From a virus (taxonomy: Duplodnaviria > Caudoviricetes), in the IMG/VR virus record IMGVR_UViG_3300036045_000010, positions 1 through 61,342 of that record: DNA of 61,342 nt; one strand, given 5' to 3'. Shown piece by piece: positions 59,051 to 61,342 of this stretch. The first letter of the stretch is position 1. Each line of letters opens with the position of its first letter. A program made the translations under genes and the position numbers. The notes beneath the pieces were generated by a model. The model saw only the letters and a program-made list of their open reading frames with translations. It was not told the origin of the DNA and ran no database searches.

Positions 59051-61342
59051 TCAGACGACGTAGGAGGACAGCGAGGAGTGGCCCACATCCTCGGGATCGC
59101 TCATGTCCCAGACCCCGTCGTCGTTTTGGGTCTGCGGCGCGTCTTCGGAGGGCTTCCAGGGCTTAAGGTACATGAGCATGGAGACCGTGTCGATCATGTC
59201 GTCGTTTTTCGACTTCAATCCGCCGACGGTGGCGAGCTGAAGCTCCTGCACCAACTCGCCGATCACCTGGCTGGTCTTGAGCTCGGTGGGCAGATAGATC
59301 TTGCCGGCCTTGAACAGCGGCACCGCCAGGTTGAAGCGCGAGAGCTTGTCGAGCTCGGGACGGATCCCCGGCTCGCCGTTCGGACCTTGGGCGAAGCTGA
59401 ACCAGATGTTTCGGCTCATCATCTCGTTCTGAAGCCAGTGAATGAACGCCCCCTGCTGTCCGGAGGTCTCCACGCCCACCATCTGGGGACGGTACTCCGA
59501 GACCAGCCGGAAGAGATCGTTCACGCTCTTGTCCATGGTCTGCTTGGCGCAGACCCCATCCACCCAGAACCAATCGCCGTTGGCGTTGTAGGCCCAGACG
59601 GAGATCGCCGAAAAATCGTTGTGCTGCTTCGCTTTCGTCGCGAAGTCGGTGGTGATGTAGAAGTTGAACCGGCTTTTGTTCTGCAAGAGCGCCTGGCGGG
59701 AGTACCAGCGCAGCTCGGCGTCCTGAATCAAGCGTTCGGTCTCGGAGGAGATGCGCAACATAAGCTCCTGGTTGAAGCTGGCGAGCCGACCCTCGAGCAC
59801 GGCTTTTTCGTACTGGGCCTGCACGAAATCGTAGGTGAAGCGGTCCTCCCAGGCGCCGCGAAACTCCGCACGCGAGCAAGGGAAACGCTCGCAGACCGGC
59901 CAGACGTTGACGTGCCAGGCGCCCGATTCCACCGCCTCGTAGAGCACGTCGCTCTTGGAGAAAGGGGTGCCGTTGAAGATGGTCTTGCGCCTCGTCGGGT
60001 GCAGCGCGTAGTCGACGCCTTTTGAGACCGTGTCGCGGATCGCGTCCATCGAAGCCTTCGACTTGGCGTCGTCATCCGAGACCAGATCGTCGAGCACGCA
60101 CAGCGTCGGACGCTTGCCGAAAATCTTGGTGCCTCGCAACCCAGTGTTGTGGGTGCGGAAGAAATCCGCCGCCACGAACTGGCGCTCGCCATTATCGACT
60201 GCGATGCACTGACTCGGCTCGTCGGCAATACGCTCGATCGAGATGATAGCCATCTTATCATTGCGGGGCGGGCGTTGCCGCTCCAGCTTGCGAGGGTTAC
60301 GAAACAGCGGCTGACTGATGCGGACCGAACACCGGAAGGCCCGGACATTGCCCTTGTCGATCCAGCGGGCCTCGCCTCCCAGAGAGCGGGCCAGCCACAT
60401 GACATCTTCGACCAGCCCGCAGCTGGCAGAACAGAAGGACGATTTGCCGTCGGTGGTGCAGGTCCCGTCGGTATCCATCAAGCCCTGGAGGATCGCAAGA
60501 CGCTGCGCGATGGAGCCATAGAGGAACTCGGTCGGGACACGCTTCTTGCTTCCATGGGTGTCCAGCCCGTGCATCGAGACGTACTGGCTGATCCCCTGCA
60601 CAGTCCTTGAGAAGGTGGCTGGGTGGCGTTTGTCGCGCCAGATTTTGCCCAGATTGTAGGGGACCCCCCGCTCGAAAATTGGCCAGTCATCCTCATGCGC
60701 AGTCAGGACCACAGGCACGTTGCCTGCAGCCTTTCCGTTCATGGAGCCATCGCCGATCAGAACGCCGACCGTGTAAGGATCAATCAGAATGTCCTGGTTT
60801 TCCGGCCACTCCATAGGTTTGGGGTTCTCTACCCAGATCAGCGGCCGTTGACTGCCCTGAGGATCCACGGCGAAGAGCGGCAACGCCAGCAGCTCCTGTG
60901 TGGTCAAGGTCTGCTCGATCAGCTCATATTTCGAGAAGGTGCGCTCCGAGAGGAACCGTTTCACATGCACCTGGTTCAAGTGATCTTCGCTGACCTTGAG
61001 ACGGCGCCCATCCTGAAGCGTCAGCGCGTACATAGGCTTGTGAAAGATCGCACTCTTGTGCGTGATCCTTGTAGGCTTTCCGTCGGCGCCCATGATCCGG
61101 TCGCCCACCTGACAATCGCCGATCGTGGTTGTGCCGCCGGTCGCCAGAAACAGCGGCGTGTCCAGACTGAGCGCCTTAGCGCCGAACATTTTGACGCCGA
61201 GTAAGTTGTTGGTCTTTGACCTAAACTCCAGGTAGTTGTCAGTGAATTTTACCTGTTCTCGTGGAAGCCAATCTTGAAGAAACTCAGAGTTGTTGTAACG
61301 AAACTCTATGTTTTTTCGTGCCGATTTTACGCCGTTGTCCAT
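59051..61342 (-). CDS. terL: terminase large subunit (N4 gp68), 5'-partial, contains an intein
   Basis: KMFGAK|intein|TGLRGTK, VLDDL, NGTPF, WPVCE.FP, TTDFAT, DD.IDT. Confidence 0.93.
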   Translation of the reverse strand: MDNGVKSARKNIEFRYNNSEFLQDWLPREQVKFTDNYLEFRSKTNNLLGVKMFGAKALSLDTPLFLATGGTTTIGDCQVGDRIMGADGKPTRITHKSAIFHKPMYALTLQDGRRLKVSEDHLNQVHVKRFLSERTFSKYELIEQTLTTQELLALPLFAVDPQGSQRPLIWVENPKPMEWPENQDILIDPYTVGVLIGDGSMNGKAAGNVPVVLTAHEDDWPIFERGVPYNLGKIWRDKRHPATFSRTVQGISQYVSMHGLDTHGSKKRVPTEFLYGSIAQRLAILQGLMDTDGTCTTDGKSSFCSASCGLVEDVMWLARSLGGEARWIDKGNVRAFRCSVRISQPLFRNPRKLERQRPPRNDKMAIISIERIADEPSQCIAVDNGERQFVAADFFRTHNTGLRGTKIFGKRPTLCVLDDLVSDDDAKSKASMDAIRDTVSKGVDYALHPTRRKTIFNGTPFSKSDVLYEAVESGAWHVNVWPVCERFPCSRAEFRGAWEDRFTYDFVQAQYEKAVLEGRLASFNQELMLRISSETERLIQDAELRWYSRQALLQNKSRFNFYITTDFATKAKQHNDFSAISVWAYNANGDWFWVDGVCAKQTMDKSVNDLFRLVSEYRPQMVGVETSGQQGAFIHWLQNEMMSRNIWFSFAQGPNGEPGIRPELDKLSRFNLAVPLFKAGKIYLPTELKTSQVIGELVQELQLATVGGLKSKNDDMIDTVSMLMYLKPWKPSEDAPQTQNDDGVWDMSDPEDVGHSSLSSYVV
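60146..61174 (-). mobile_element. 343-aa LAGLIDADG intein with Ala1 (class 3-like)
   Basis: ALSLDTP...SEDHLN...VGVLIGDGS...LQGLMDTDG...QCIAVD...RTHN|T. Confidence 0.9.

Overview
This window covers most of the genome of an N4-like (Schitoviridae) phage. It is GC-rich and the host is probably alphaproteobacterial (Rhodobacterales-like). The + strand carries RNAP2, an AAA/vWA pair, dCTP deaminase, ThyX, helicase, DNA polymerase, primase, SSB and a resolvase. The - strand carries the 3639-aa virion RNA polymerase, capsid, portal, lysis, tail and terminase genes in N4 order. Two things stand out. (1) A complete plasmid maintenance module lies between thyX and the helicase: a Rep_3-type initiator, an operator inverted repeat, DnaA boxes, four iterons, a GANTC cluster, ParA and an RHH partner. 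This suggests an N4-like phage-plasmid. (2) The family A DNA polymerase is broken into four ORFs. The first break is bridged by a split intein around a dead Vsr-like endonuclease. The other two breaks have no intein; instead each carries a homologous ~36-aa C-terminal tail plus a ~20-aa N-terminal leader, which looks like an undescribed split 'docking' module. Also present are an Ala1 (class 3-like) LAGLIDADG intein in the terminase, a truncated M15 endolysin relic, a homing-endonuclease scar and a candidate structured RNA inside the polymerase locus. All calls come from motifs and synteny read by eye; no database searches were run.
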